The notes beneath the pieces were generated by a model, which did no database searches, had not been told where the DNA came from, and saw nothing but the letters and a program-made list of their open reading frames with translations. A stretch of DNA of 64,000 bases from Octopus sinensis (Eukaryota): the NCBI RefSeq assembly GCF_006345805.1, contig NC_043002.1, positions 24,552,001-24,616,000 of the forward strand, read 5' to 3'. Below, piece by piece: positions 50,176-63,472 of the stretch. Within the stretch, counting starts at the first letter, position 1; each line of letters begins with the position of its first letter. Both the position numbers and the translations under genes were made by a program.

Positions 50176-50647
50176 ACTGTGTATCTATATTCTCTATCTA
50201 AATTAAATATCTTTTTCAAGTGATGCCAAACAGTTTGCCTTTTTTCATTTTTACTTTAATCTTTATGATATATATATATTAGATTTTAAAAAATTAAGAA
50301 AATGTTGTTATATAACTTTATTCAGTTTGTATGGAATACTCTAAGGATTTAACCTATCCAAATTCCCATCTGTCTCACTTGACATTCTGTTAGCCAAGCT
50401 TTTTTGCATGGAATGCTGACTGAGGTATTTGTCGGGATTTCTTCGGTCTACTTCTTATCACCACACACACACACACACACACACATCATCATCATCATCA
50501 TCGTTTATATATAATGATATATACTGATAAACTCATATAATGATATATAAAAAAATAAGTACTGACGTTGATTTGTTCAACTAAAATTCTTCAAGATGCT
50601 GCTGTAGCATGGTCACGGTCTAATAACTGAAACAAGTAGAAGTTAAA

Positions 50648-50685
<38 letters not shown>

Positions 50686-50976
50686 ATGTATTTCACATAC
50701 AAATGATAATAGTGAGTTTATTGTATTCAGTTCTCAGATGAGATTGAAAAAGAAAACAGCAATAGCCCAAGTATTGAAAGACAGTTATGATAGCCAAAAG
50801 TGCATGTATCATGCACAAAATAAATCACAAGAAGATAGACAAGGGAACAATAAAACTGTCATAAAGAAGAAATGGCAGACAAACACGCCAAGAGTAGTGT
50901 TGGTGAATTTTGGAAAGGATAGAATTCTTGAAGGGTGCAGTGTCCTGACAGCTAACCACCAACATAAGTAGTTTAA

Positions 50977-51197
50977 CCCTTCCATTACCATATTTATTTT
51001 GAGATGTCCTGTGTCTCTTTCAGTTATTTAAAATATAACAAAGAATTTAGTAAAATAATTTAGTTATCATTAAGCTAGTGTTAGGAACATAAATTGAAAC
51101 TAAGGTTTGGTGGAAGATTTTAATTCAAAACTTATGAAAACAAGACATTTGTACTACAAAGCCAGAAGTGGTTTCAGCTAGGTTGGTAACGAAAGGG
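50977..51197. mobile_element. piggyBac-type MITE, second family
   Basis: TTAA-CCCTTCCATTACC ... GGTAACGAAAGGG-TTAA. Confidence 0.82.
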
Positions 51198-51300
51198 TTA
51201 ATCTGTGCTTCAGTATTTCTGAGCATGATAAAATGTTTCTGAAAGTCATGGGTACTGTGTTGTTTGAAAGCATATAAATGTGTATTTGAATACATGCATA

Positions 51301-51516
51301 TGAAGGATGCTGAAAAGTTCCTGGCTTTGAGTAAAAGAAAATACAGGAGGATCAATAATTATGATTTTATTCAACATATTTCCCTCTCAGATTCACACAC
51401 TTATTGCCTGCAGTCCTTCAATTTTTCTAAGCCCTGTAAAAGAACTCAGAAGGTTGGGCCTCTAACCTAGCCTTCCACAATGTACTTAAAGCCAGGAACT
51501 TTTCAGCACCCCCTCA
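51301..51516. mobile_element. mariner-type MITE
   Basis: ~28-bp TIRs TGAAGGATGCTGAAAAGTTCCTGGCTTT / AAAGCCAGGAACTTTTCAGCACCCCCTCA; TA on both sides. Confidence 0.88.
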
Positions 51517-51953
51517 TATATGTGTATTAATGTATATATATATATCTTTATATGTATGTGTATACACACCCTCTAATTTCATTTTTTTTTTTCTATCTTT
51601 CAGTTCAATATTCAGAACAAGATAAAGTTGGTAAGGAATTACTTTAATTGATATTTTATCATTGTTATCATTATCATCATTACAATCATTAACATCATAA
51701 GCATCACAGTATTGCCTTGATCTTCCCCACTTCACCATCACCACCACCATCATCATCATTATCATAAGCCAGAGTGCCTCTATGTTATCGCTGAACCTAC
51801 AAATGTTGCAGCCAAATCACCCTCAAATTACATCTATTTCAAAAAAGAATAATATATTTTATAATATAATCTTTGATATCAAAATACACAAAATTTTCTT
51901 AACATCTTTGTGACCTGATCACCAATACATGTGGAAAAGTTAAACAAGTATAT

Positions 51954-52335
51954 AGGCATAGGAGTGGCTGTGTGGTAAGTTGCTTGCTTACCAACCGCAT
52001 GGTTCCAGGTTCAGTCCCACTGCATAGCACCTTGGGCAAGTGTCTCCTACTATAGCCTCGGACCAACCAAAGCCTTGTGAGTGGATTTGGTAGATGGAAA
52101 CTGAAAGAAGCCTGTCGTATATATGTATATATATATGTATGTGTGTGTTTGTATGTCTGGGTTTGTCCCCCCCCCCAATCATCGCTTGACAACTGGTGCT
52201 GGTGTGTTTACATCCCCATAACTTAGCGGTTTGGCAAAAGAGACCAATAGAATAAGGACTAGGCTTACAAAGAATAAGTCCTGGGGTCGATTTGCTCGAC
52301 TAAAGGCGGTGCTCCAGCATGGTCGCAATCAAGAG
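51954..52335 (+). mobile_element. Deu/Nin-domain-like tRNA SINE, full length (tail A)
   Basis: tRNA-like head with A/B-box-like segments, body CCTTGTGAGTGGATTTGGTAGATGGAAACTGAAAGAAG, tail GGGGTCGATTTGCTCGACTAAAGG. Confidence 0.92.
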
Positions 52336-52633
52336 TAAGTATGTAGGAGACCCACATCTGCATCCAAAGGTTCAACAGAAACTGAGGAAAAACTTGAGGC
52401 CTGTAAAGACTTGCTAGAGACTTAATATAAATCAGTTACAATGGAATTGTGTTAGTGACTATGCCACAGATGTGTGAAGAAAATGTTAATATCTGAAGAA
52501 ATAAAGCAAAAATGAATATAACAATTTTTGTGGGTTCTTAAAAAGCTAAAATGGATCTTCCATGATGTAATTACATTAATTTCCAGAGTCTCAGATCAGG
52601 TCACTTACTAAACAATTACGTCTCAACTGTATG

Positions 52634-52684
<51 letters not shown>

Positions 52685-53834
52685 CTGCCTGTCTGTATGA
52701 ATATATACATATGCATATTTATGTTGGTATACATATATATACACATGCACACAAACACACACATATATTTATATGATAAAAACACACACACAAACATACA
52801 TACTATTGTTCATCCACTTATGTTCCTGTATGAACTTAACCGAATACCAAATCTCATTGTTCTTGTGATTAGTTTTCATTGATTTTTGTTGTTCTTATTG
52901 TGACTGCCATTTGTGCTCCTTTCTAGTTATTTCTGTTATTGTTGCTCTACTCATCATGTCTCCACCCATACACCCTCTTATCCACCATTCCGAGATATCT
53001 TGTAATCCAATTTGCCAATTCCTTCTGCACCATACAACATAAATATTGTAGACAAAGCTTTCATTGTCAGAGCACCAGTTTCCATTTAGCTGAAAGACGA
53101 CAGCCTTCAGAGAAGAAACGGTGTGGATTCCTGGTGTTTGATAAGCACTTTGGTTAATTCTCAGACTGCTGATTTTTCACATATATCGTAGTGTGTGTAT
53201 GTGTGTTTGTTGGGAGGGGACAATTGACACTATTTTCAGCATCGTATTGATATTTTGTAAGAAAAAAACCTTATCTTTATGTTATAAGACATCGTGTGTG
53301 TGTGTGTGTGGCATTGGAATAGTATTTATAAAGCAGGAACATGTATCCAAAGATTCAATTTTTTGAATGACATCTCAATACAGTTAATAAAATATATTTA
53401 AATAAGGGAGTGTTGGTACTGACCTTTGTGTAACTCTTATAAATTTACTGAACTAATTTATTGATCTACCATTTTTATGCTAGGAAAAAAAGGCTGATTT
53501 CTTTAGGAATATTCACACATGCACACACACACACTCACTCACTTACTCGCTCACACACTCACAAGTAGAAAGGCAGAGAAACACAAATAAATTTTATGAG
53601 TACATTTTCATGGAATGCAAAGTACGAAGTATGGAATAAAGAATACAAAATAAACAAAAGATATTATGTAATGGTCTTATCTTGACAGATGTTTTGTGTG
53701 AACCATGGCTTATGCCATAACCACATACAGTATTGGTTATTATAACCAAATAATGTCATGGGCATATGGAATAGTACAAGTCTCTGTGGATCCTTTTGGC
53801 AAGGCCAGATCAGCTTCATTGGAAGAATGTGGCG

Positions 53835-53870
<36 letters not shown>

Positions 53871-53980
53871 TACACATATGTATAACAAAACAGGAACCTG
53901 GAAAATTTTTTGGTATTATCTATTCACCATTACACATGTTTCATTTGCTAATAGGAACCACAAAATTGTACATGGATAAA

Positions 53981-54388
53981 CATAGGAGTGGCTGTGTGGT
54001 AAGTAACTTGCTTACCAACCACATGGTTCTGGGTTCAGTCCCCCTGCGTGGCAACTTGGGCAAGTGCCTTCTATTATAGTCTTGGGCCGACCAAGGCCTT
54101 GTGAGTGGATTTGATAGACAGAAACTAAAAGAAGTCCTTCGTATATATGTATATATATATATGTATGTGTGTATATATGTTTGTGTGTCTGTGTTTGTCC
54201 CCCAACATCACTTGACAACCAATGCTGATGTGTTTACGCCCCCGTAACTTAGTGGTTCAGCAAAAAAGATCAATAGAATAAGTACTAGACTTACAAAGAA
54301 TAAGTCCTGGGATCGATTTGCTCGACTAAAGGCGGTGCTCCATCATGGCCACAGTCAAATGACTGAAACAAGTAAAAGAGTAAAAGAG
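53981..54388 (+). mobile_element. Deu/Nin-domain-like tRNA SINE, full length (tail A)
   Basis: As 51954-52335, ending GACTGAAACAAGTAAAAGAGTAAAAGAG. Confidence 0.92.
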
Positions 54389-54504
54389 ATATTCTTCAGT
54401 CAGATTAATGACCTGTAAAGGCATGGCATTTCGTTATACTACAAAGTATATTAAATGATTTTATAAATCAACACCATGTTCTACTGTGTTAGCAGTGTTA
54501 TTAC

Positions 54505-54903
54505 ATCACTTGTTATGGTTATTTCTACAGATTTTCTATAGAAATTATAGCCAGCTCCGGTTTTGTTATGATGTTTCAGACCCGAGATGCCAGATGTAAA
54601 TAACAATGAGACTGAAGATGAAAAATGGAAAAGGGCATATATGACATTTTTCAGGAGTTTTTGCTCCTTTATCAGCAGCCATCCAAGCCATTAACCATCC
54701 ATAAACTCATTGCTTAAATAGCCACTAAATATAGCAGTGCAGCATTATTGAATTTATCATCTTTGATCTCATTGTTGTTTACATCTGGTGTCTCGGATAC
54801 AAAATGTTATAACAAAATTTCTATAGTAAACCTGTTGAGATAACCTTAACGAGTGATTTGCTGACAGAGAATCAAACAATATTGTATTGTTTGATTCTCT
54901 GTC
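54505..54903. repeat. Long imperfect inverted repeat plus an adjacent perfect 19-bp hairpin
   Basis: Arms 54505-54626 and 54752-54857; hairpin GACAGAGAATCAAACAATA-TTG-TATTGTTTGATTCTCTGTC at 54863-54903. Confidence 0.85.
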
Positions 54904-55039
54904 TGAAGAATTTGTTATAGGAAATTTCTTGCATGCAAACAATGTTTCCAGAATGTTCAAGTTTAATATGTACCTCACATCAAGACAATAATGACAACTA
55001 CATACTGGATTGTAATACCGGAGTAAGCAGATGTGCTTC

Positions 55040-55680
55040 AAGAGACGACAGCTTTGATTTTTTTCTCTACCTTTGTATATTGAGGTTCAAATAGTTTATA
55101 GACTTTTAATACAACATCCTTATTCCTTTCAGTCATTGTAAAATAGCTGATTTTTTTATGGTTTCTTGACTTCACTTTCTCTTTGTACACATGACAATAG
55201 ATTTTTGACAAAATATAGCCCAAAGAACACTACTTTTAACCCAAATTTTCACCCAGCAATAATACGTTGATATAGACATGAAACAGCAATTAATTCAGAC
55301 ATCCTCTTGTCATCATACAAAAGTTGTTTTTACTCAAAATTTATTAGAATTATCAATTTTTTTTAGTTCAATCTTTTATTTATATTCAGGCTTCCCACAA
55401 CAGCAGTGTTTTGGCTCTCTCAAACTTCTTAAAGTGCTGATGTCATATTTTTTGTATAGGGATTTCATTATTTGAAGGGTAGTATGTTGTGCTGGGAGAG
55501 TTTTGATGGCTGTATTTATAACAGTATGATGTACTGTAAAGAAGCTCCTCTGGTTATTGTTGTTAAGCCTCAATTCAACCTTACCAAACAACCAATGATT
55601 AGGGGCATTTTAGTCTTGACCATCCTGTCTTTTTGTAATATCAGGAACCATGTTCTCTAATTTGTCATTTTTAAGGCAAT
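55040..55680 (-). pseudogene. Possible decayed L1/Tx1-like LINE ORF2 C-terminus
   Basis: Fragmented translation FFTVHHTVINTAIKTL...EPKHCCCGKPE...LLWEA...LLLGENLG*..SLGYILSKIYCHVYKEKVK loosely follows the Tx1 zinc-knuckle/C-terminal order; many stops. Confidence 0.33.
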
Positions 55681-56526
55681 GCTGATCTATGATTTGACAG
55701 AAAGAGAGAGAGAGAGAAAAAAGAGATTTGGTTACTCTTTCTAGAAGACTGATTGACTGCACAGAGGTTCTGTTGGTTCATAACTGTTTTAGTTGTAGTT
55801 TAGTTCCAGATTTGTTCTGATTGAGTTGACTTATGACAAGTGTTTCAGCTGTGACCATCCAGGGACTACTACTAACCCTTTAACGTTCTGTTGTATGTAA
55901 TGCTTATTTATCCTGATTATTTTGAATTATCATGGCTAATCTCGTAGCTTGGAGATTTCAATGATGGGGTTGTTTAGTTTTAGAATGATATTTTAGGTTG
56001 TGATGTGAGGAAATTTTGGTGCTATTTCTAGCAATTCATGTGACTCCTCATAGGCCCCTTTGTTGGTTTGTAGCAGTTTTAGTCATTGTTAAATCCCACG
56101 AGCATAACAAAACACCTGGTGTGAATTTGATAATCCAGCACTCAATCAGGGCCAGGGGTAAAAGATAGCAAAATTATGCTTATCCTGTGCTGTATTGCTA
56201 ATACTGATATGACATAGAATTCAAGTTTACTGTGACTAGCAGCCATCATGAAAATTAAAGACTACCAGATTCAAATCATTGTCTTGAACCATCAAAGTTA
56301 CCATTCTAGTGAATCCAAGATTAATGACATTCAGCTTATGCTATGAATACCAGGGGCATTGTAAAATTGATGAGTATTCCATCAGTTATTAGGACCGAGT
56401 TCAGGTTCTTCTATGGGTATAACTTAAAGAATGACAAGAGGAGGAAACCTGCTTAATATAGCAATCATTCTCTACTTTCAAAAATGAGAGGACACATTAG
56501 ATATTGTAGTCCTAAATATGCTGTGA

Positions 56527-56781
56527 TTGATAAAGACAGGGTGTTCATAGCTTGAAACATCTTTGATCATAAATCTATTCAATAAAGGCTGGTTTGGGGT
56601 TCCGCCAACACAGTCCAGGGGTTCCGCAAGAAGTTACAAAACTGTTAAAATCGGCAGTGATTTTTAATTCTCCTGTGCAGATATGTGTGCATAAGACTAT
56701 TAAATTATTGCACAGGGGTTCCTCGAGCCAGTGGAATGTTTCCTTGGGGTTCCGCTCCAGCAAAAAGTTTGAAAAGCACTG
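56527..56781. mobile_element. hAT-derived MITE remnant
   Basis: Repeated GGGGTTCC(G/T)C subterminal motifs and 3' end AAAAAGTTTGAAAAGCACTG. Confidence 0.6.
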
Positions 56782-56789
56782 CTCTATAC

Positions 56790-57990
56790 AATCATCGAGC
56801 TGGATAGAATCAGCAGTTAACTCTCCCTCAAATCACATCCTACTGTCTTAAATAATTTGAATGTCATATTGGATAAAGTAATCCTAGATACACTATGTTT
56901 GGAAAGAAGGAAAGTATGGGTAATTAACTGATACTTTCATTTTTCTGGGATGGGGTTGCTTAAATAAAAGTACTAATCAAGAATTAATCATTAATTCAAT
57001 CTAGCCTTGCCTCAACTCCTAAATTTGTGGGCTTGTTGGCTATGTTAGAAATTATCAAACAAGCCAATAAAGGATTACTTATGTGAAAACACAGCCTGCC
57101 AGAAATAACAGCCAAACTCCCCTACATCATATCCTACCATCTTGACTAACTCAGTCCTAGATTCTTGCACATAGGAAAAGGATGGGATGGCCATTCTTGG
57201 TATGATTTTGACTATAGGTTGGCTTTATCAGAATTGCTAACCTGGTGTTAAGCAACAACTGCCAAATGGCCCTAAGATCATATACCCTACTATCTTAGAA
57301 AAAGGACGATTATTAAACCTAACTCTAACCCTGTTATACAAAAAACTGGATAGTCATAACTAGAATGTCTTTGCTCATAGGTTTTTCTCTTTACGGGCTG
57401 AACTGGAGCTAAACAAGAACAACATTAACTTCAACAATCAATACTAGAACAGACTTTGGTAAAAGCATAACCACTCAGACAGTACTTAGTGTACTAGTTT
57501 CACTGGAGCCTGTTGACAACCCACTACCATGACCATCACCACTACACATAATCACTATTGCTTGGGTATAGTGTAGGACTGGTGAGGTGAGGCTTGTGAA
57601 ATGTCTGGAATGTTGCCCTCTCCATCCTTGCCTCCTAAATATTACAATGACAACAACAGCAATTGTAACTGATATAATAATTAGAATAGTAATAAAAGTA
57701 ACACAACAATAAACTTAATTGCAGTAACAACCATAATTAGCATCACCGCCGCCACTACTACCACCAGCATCTTTATATGAGCTTATGCGGAAGCCTACAT
57801 GATAATTTGACCTTTTAAGAATAACAGCTAAATCTCCCTGAAATCACACTCTGCTATTTTTAAAAAGGGACATATTGAATAATGTAGCCTTGTATATACT
57901 AGCCCTGAAAAAGCCAGGATAGTCATGGCTGGAATGCCTTTTGATTATAGGTCTGTTCAATTAATACTGACATGAGGTTAAACAGAAAAA
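56790..57990 (+). mobile_element. Cluster of four fragments of an unclassified retroposon family ending ...GGCTAAACAACAAC
   Basis: Recurring AAATCTCCCTCAAATCAC..CCTAC..TCTT...GGAATG.CTTTGATCATAGGT motif at ~56810, 57100, 57270 and 57820; also inverted at ~1500-1770 and 63040-63200. Confidence 0.6.
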
Positions 57991-58550
57991 CATGGCTAAT
58001 TACAGCAAAAACTATTTAAATACCACCACCGATACCTCCACAACAACAATAATGCCAAAATGATAATAGCAATAAGAGCAACCACAACAACAATGGTAAT
58101 TTTAACAATCTGTTAATTATGTTAATTATGTCTAGTTGTTGGTCATGATTGTGATGAGGATCTAGTATTTATGGAATGTTTCAGAATATTCTTAATGACT
58201 TATTGTTGTTTGCTTCATTAAATAGTATTTTAGCGTTGTAGTTGTGTGTTTGTATATGTATGTATATGTGTGTATGTACATATCTATGTATTGTATGTAT
58301 GTGTGTACGTACACATGTATGCATGTGTGTACGTACACATCTATGCATGTGTGTGTGTATATGAGCTTATCTGTACCAACAATTTGTGTGTGTGTTTGCA
58401 TGAGTGTATTTATGAATATGTATGGTTGTGGGTGTGTATCTCAAAATGTATGTATATGTTATATATATATATATATATGCATGTGTGAATATGTGTATGT
58501 GTGTGTAACTGCATATGTTTCTATATGTAGTCATATGTGTCTTTGTGTGG

Positions 58551-58836
58551 AGGTGCACTGGCCCAGAGATTAGGGCACCACTCTCGCGGTTGGAGGATCA
58601 CGGTTTCGATTCGTTGTGTGTGTTTATTGAGCGAAAACACCTAAAAAAGCTCCACAAGGCTCTGGCAGGGGGTAGTGGCGACTCCTGTTGTACTCTTTCA
58701 CCACAACTTTCTCTCACTCTCTCTTCCTGTTTCTTGAGTAACGCTGTGATGGACTGGCGTCCCGTCCAGCTGGGGGAACACATACACCACAGAAACCGGG
58801 AAACCGAGCCCATGAGCCTGACGGCTTGAAAAGGGT
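58551..58836 (+). mobile_element. tRNA SINE, third family, tail type 3 (V-domain-like)
   Basis: Shared body, then GTAACGCTGTGATGGACTGGCGTCCCGTCCAG...GAAACCGGGAAACCGAGCCCATGAGCC. Confidence 0.85.
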
Positions 58837-59442
58837 GATGTTATGTGTCTTTGTATTAATGTAATTATATTTGTGCTTATATGAATGTATGAATGTGTGT
58901 ATAAAATACATATTCATGGTTTTGTAGACACAGGTATGGCCATGTGGTTAAGAAACTTGCTTCTTAAATCTGTGGTCTTGACTTCAGTCCCGCTGCACAG
59001 CACTTGGGCAAGTGTCTGCTACTATTATCCCAGGCCAACCAAAACCTTGGTAGACAGAAATTGAAAGAAACTCTTCACACACGTGCATGCATGCATAAAT
59101 AGAAAAGTGGATATGAAGCAATGATAATGACATGTGTTACAAAGAATTTTGTACTTAGCTTTTTAAGATGAGTTGTTCTTAATAAGATTATAAATTTTGT
59201 TGTCCATTAACCTCATCTTTTAAGTATATTTCCAATATTTATATTTATACTATATTAGGATTCATTCAGACCCTGATTGTCATCAGATGTCTTACTCATA
59301 AATATGTAGGTCATTCCTGACAGAATTCAAAGTAGGAACCTTTTATTTTTAAAATAAGTGTATTTAGTAGATTATAATTTTTGTTTTCAGAGTGTTTGCA
59401 TCATCCTTTAGAGACAAACCTCTTTTTAATATATTTATATAT

Positions 59443-59660
59443 CTAAGAGGGCAAGCTGGCAGAATCTTTAACATGCCAAGCAAAAAGCTTAGCGGTATTT
59501 CGTCTGTCTTTAAATTCTGGGTTCAAATTCTGCCAAGGTCAACTTTGCCTTTCATGGGAGTCGATAAAATAAGTACTAGTTGAGCACTGGGGTTAATGTA
59601 ATCAACTTATCCCCTCCCCCAACATTTATGGCTCTGTGCCAAAATTTGAAACCAATATAT
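59443..59660 (+). mobile_element. Meta-domain-like SINE
   Basis: GGCAAGCTGGCAGAATC...GGGTTCAAATTCTGCCAAGGTCAACTTTGCCTTTCAT...GTCGATAAAATAAGTAC. Confidence 0.82.
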
Positions 59661-60368
59661 TTATATATCTACCTTGTGTGTCAATCAGTATGATATTCTT
59701 AGATACATCCATAATTCCATACTGGATTCAAACTAGAACCATTATTTTTGAACAGCATAATGATGAACTTATTCAGTAGGCTTCTGGAACATTGTTCAGA
59801 TCTAGTCTGGCATAATGCATATATATATGTTAAGGGATGATACACCTGATAATGATGAGAGATCAAATCAAATATAATGTCATCATCATCGTCATTTTAA
59901 TGCCCATTTTCCCATGCTTGCATAGGTCAGAAGAAGTTTATTAAGACAAATTTTCTTCAGTTAGATGCCCTCCCTGTTCCCAAGCAAAGTAATATTTCCA
60001 CATGGCCAGATACCCAGTGTTGTTTGGGATTAAAATGGCATTGTTTGTATATATATCACTGTTATGTTGAAAGAAGTGATACGGTAAAGTGTAGCATGAT
60101 GACAAAACGTTTGTGGAGTAAATAATGGGTTAATTCGACTAAGCAACATGTCATGCATCTGTTTGGAATATTCCAGGCCCTAACCTATCATGGGAAATTG
60201 GAGGTGGGTGGGTATGTGATTTTTGAAAGCACTGCAAAACTGTTAGTGGATATATTCTTCTTTGTGGCGGTCAGTGCAGTGTCTAACATGATCCATCATC
60301 TGAAGTTTTGACATCTCCTTTGGGTTTGTTGTTCTACATCACTTGTAAAGTAAATTTGGAGGATGTTC

Positions 60369-60510
60369 CTTCTGTATTGAGACTCCATCTGATATACTGC
60401 AGCATGCCTTTTCTGATCTTGGGAAAGTCTCATCTCACTTCTGTCTTAAGACTCCATTTGAATTGCTGCAGTATGCCTTTGCTGATCTTGAGAAAGTCTC
60501 ATCTCCCTTC
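60369..60510. repeat. Two-copy 69-nt tandem duplication
   Basis: CTTCTGT..T.AGACTCCAT.TGA...CTGCAG.ATGCCTTT.CTGATCTTG.GAAAGTCTCATCTC, twice. Confidence 0.85.
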
Positions 60511-60954
60511 CCTCTTGATGTAAATCATTCACTTTTTTAAATATAATAGAAATAAGATGATCTTAGTGCTATCACATTAGAATTAAAAGTGAAAAAATAA
60601 AAGTGAAACAATATTATATCACATTACAATATAGCTCTTATTCTTTCGCTTTTGACACATAATACTGAACCAGTGCCGTTGTTTTATTGTTTTAATCCAA
60701 ATGAAAAGAAAAAATGACATGCTAACACTCACAGGGTCTGATACTATTACCTTGTAAAATTTGATGTGATTTGGTGGAGCCATTTGAGAATGCATAGGGA
60801 ACAGACAGACAAAAAATTTTATATATATATATAGATACATGATTGACACTGTTTGTATAACACTCATTTACAACTATCAGGTGATTTCAAGACAAGGAGA
60901 CACAAACATACTTACACACACACACACTCTCTCTCTCTCATGCACATGCACATA

Positions 60955-61360
60955 TACAAAGGGCTTCTTTTAGTTTCCATATACCAAATCCCTCACAAGA
61001 CATTGGTTGGCCTGGTGTTATACTAAAAGGCGGTGAGCTGGCAGAAACGTTAGCGCGCTGGGCGAAATGCTTAGCGGTATTTCATCTGTCGTTACATTTT
61101 GAATCCAAATTCCGTCAGGGTCGACTTTGCCTTTCATCCTTTCAGGGTCGATAAATAAAGTACCAGTTTCACACTGGGGTCGATGTAATCGACTTAATCC
61201 CTTTGTCTGTTCTTGTTTGTCCCCTCTATGTTTAGCCCCTTGTGGGTAGTAAAGAAATATATACTAAAAGATGCTTGTCGAAGATGCCATGCAGTGGGAC
61301 TGAACCCAAAAGTATGTGGTTGAGAAGTAAACTTCTTAACCACACAGTCATGACTGCACC
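60955..61360 (-). mobile_element. Deu/Nin-like SINE split by a younger SINE
   Basis: The two halves flank 61030-61259. Confidence 0.8.
61030..61259 (+). mobile_element. Meta-domain-like SINE, full length and young
   Basis: 11-nt TSD TATACTAAAAG at 61019-61029 and 61260-61270; CpG-rich. Confidence 0.93.
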
Positions 61361-62136
61361 TAATATTTTTTTTTTAAAGTTACTGCTCAAAAAAAAAAAA
61401 GTTAGATAATCTTAAGACATATATATGTGTAACCTATGTAGTTGACATACAAGCAGGACAAATTTAACTGTTTCTTCAAAGGTTGAAAAAATGACCAACA
61501 GCCTTAATCAATCTTTGAAATTTATTGAGTTCTCATCAGAGCTGTTTACATCACCTTACCAGTCCCAGAGAAAAAAGCAGCTAATTTGTTTATATTGTGT
61601 AACAAATCCAGCATCTTCAGAGAACTAGAGCTATTAATTTCCATACTATAAACATTTAACACTTTATTCAGTATTAGCTTAAAAGCCATGGGTCTGTGGC
61701 CCAAAACTAAAGAAAGCTAAATAGCATGATTATAATATGTCTATAATGACTATGTGCCCTGGTAGTGTTTGATCAGAGGTTAAGCACGAATGAAAATTAA
61801 TTCTGTAATGCAATCATTCTATTGTTCCAGTCCCAAGTTGAATTCCAACTATTAGTCAATTTGTCCCAAACTTCTTATCTCGGCACAAAAGTAACCAAAC
61901 AAATGTCATTTATCTCCCCCGACGTCATCTGACAAATGTCATGCAAGATGGCATGAATCAGTGAAAAATAGCAATTCAAATGCTTTTAAATAAGATCCCA
62001 ATGCTGGATGTTCTATAACCAAGTGAAGGGCAGATTTACAATCCTGGGGCCATCCTGATTCCAAAAATGTATAATATGTCTATGTAGAGTAAATGTAGAC
62101 TGAGATACAGGGGTTCCAGATGGACAGACAGACTTT

Positions 62137-62800
62137 TCATCATCATTTAACGTCCACTTTCCATGCTAGTATGGGTTGGACAATTTGACTGAGGTCTGGC
62201 GAACCAGACTCCAATCTGATCTGGCAGAGTTTCTACAGCTGGATGCCCTTCCTAACGCCAACCACTCCAAGAGTGTAGTGGGTGGAACTGGCAACGGCTA
62301 TGCCGAAATGGTGCTTTTTATGTGCTACCTGCACAGGAGCCAGTCCAGCGGCACTGGCGACGACCTCACTTGAATATTTCACATGCCACCAGCACAAGTG
62401 CTAGTAAGGCGATGCTGTAATGATCACGCTCGAATGGTGTGCTTAATGTGCCATCGGCACGAAGGCCAGCTTGTTGCTCTGGCAATGATCTCTCTTGCAT
62501 GGTACTCTTAGCGCCCCACTAGCAATGGATGCCAGTCACTGAGTTTGATTTTGACTTCGATTTCACTTGCCTCAACTGGTCTTCGCAAGCAGAGTTTAGT
62601 GTCCAATGAAGAAAAGGCACACATTAGTGAACTGGTTGCAACCCTAGCATAGGCCACAAGGTTATGGTCACACTTGCACTTGCCGAGTCTTCGGCAGCAC
62701 AGCATATTTCCAGAGGTCCCAGTCACTAGTCATTGCCTCGGTGAGGCCCAATGTTTGAAGGTCATGCTTCACCACCTCATCCCAGGTCTTCCTGGGTCTG
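62137..62800 (-). mobile_element. RTE-clade LINE 3' end with repeat-containing UTR
   Basis: Minus strand reads RPRKTWDEVVKHDLQTLGLTEAMTSDWDLWKYAVLPKTRQ, then the UTR units and (GAT)n tail. Confidence 0.9.
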
Positions 62801-63251
62801 CTTTTATTAATATAGATATACATATTCTGATAGTAATAGTATTATCATTATCTGCTAAGTCACCATTAGTTTAAAAATAAAGTTTTTTTTTGTTTGAGCC
62901 CTGTCTGGTATCTTGCATGTATCTAGAAATAATACAATTGATAAAGATCCAAGATTGAAATATAGTATAGTAAATATATACATGAGGTAAATAATGGAGA
63001 AAATTGTAATCTTAACTATATTAATTGTTGTTACTGTTGTTGCTGTTTAGCCTTAGGTCAGACCTGATCAAACAGATTTGTAATCAAATAAGGAATTGTA
63101 GCTGTTGCTATGCAATCCTTTTTTTGCATCATTGTCTATATTATCTAAATTTTACGTCTTCAAATCATACCCCAGTATGATTTGAAGGTGATTTAACTGC
63201 TTTTACCACATCACTTACTGTCTAGAGGCAATTTTTTTGTTGGTTATTTAA

Positions 63252-63472
63252 CCCTTTAGTGTTCACATTATTCTACCCAAATTAATCCTTTTTCATCCAA
63301 ATTGTTTTGAACTAATCATGCATTATCTTGTAGCTTTGAGATTTTGATGAGGTAGCTGTTAATTTTTAAAACGATATTGTAGGGTTGATGTGAGAGACCA
63401 GATCTGGCCATTTTGAACATAAAACAGGCAAAATACTTTTGGCCGGATATGGCCGGTTTAAATGCTAAAGGG
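63252..63472. mobile_element. piggyBac-type MITE
   Basis: TTAA-CCCTTTAGTGTTCA ... TTTAAATGCTAAAGGG-TTAA. Confidence 0.85.

Noticed and set aside
51954-52030. tRNA genes
   Set aside because: All tRNA-like segments are SINE heads lacking a complete cloverleaf and continuing into SINE bodies.
61455-61545. Minus-strand CUGAUGA…GAAACAGUUA around a 12-bp hairpin
   Set aside because: Thirteen unpaired bases separate the core from stem II, and stems I and III do not form.
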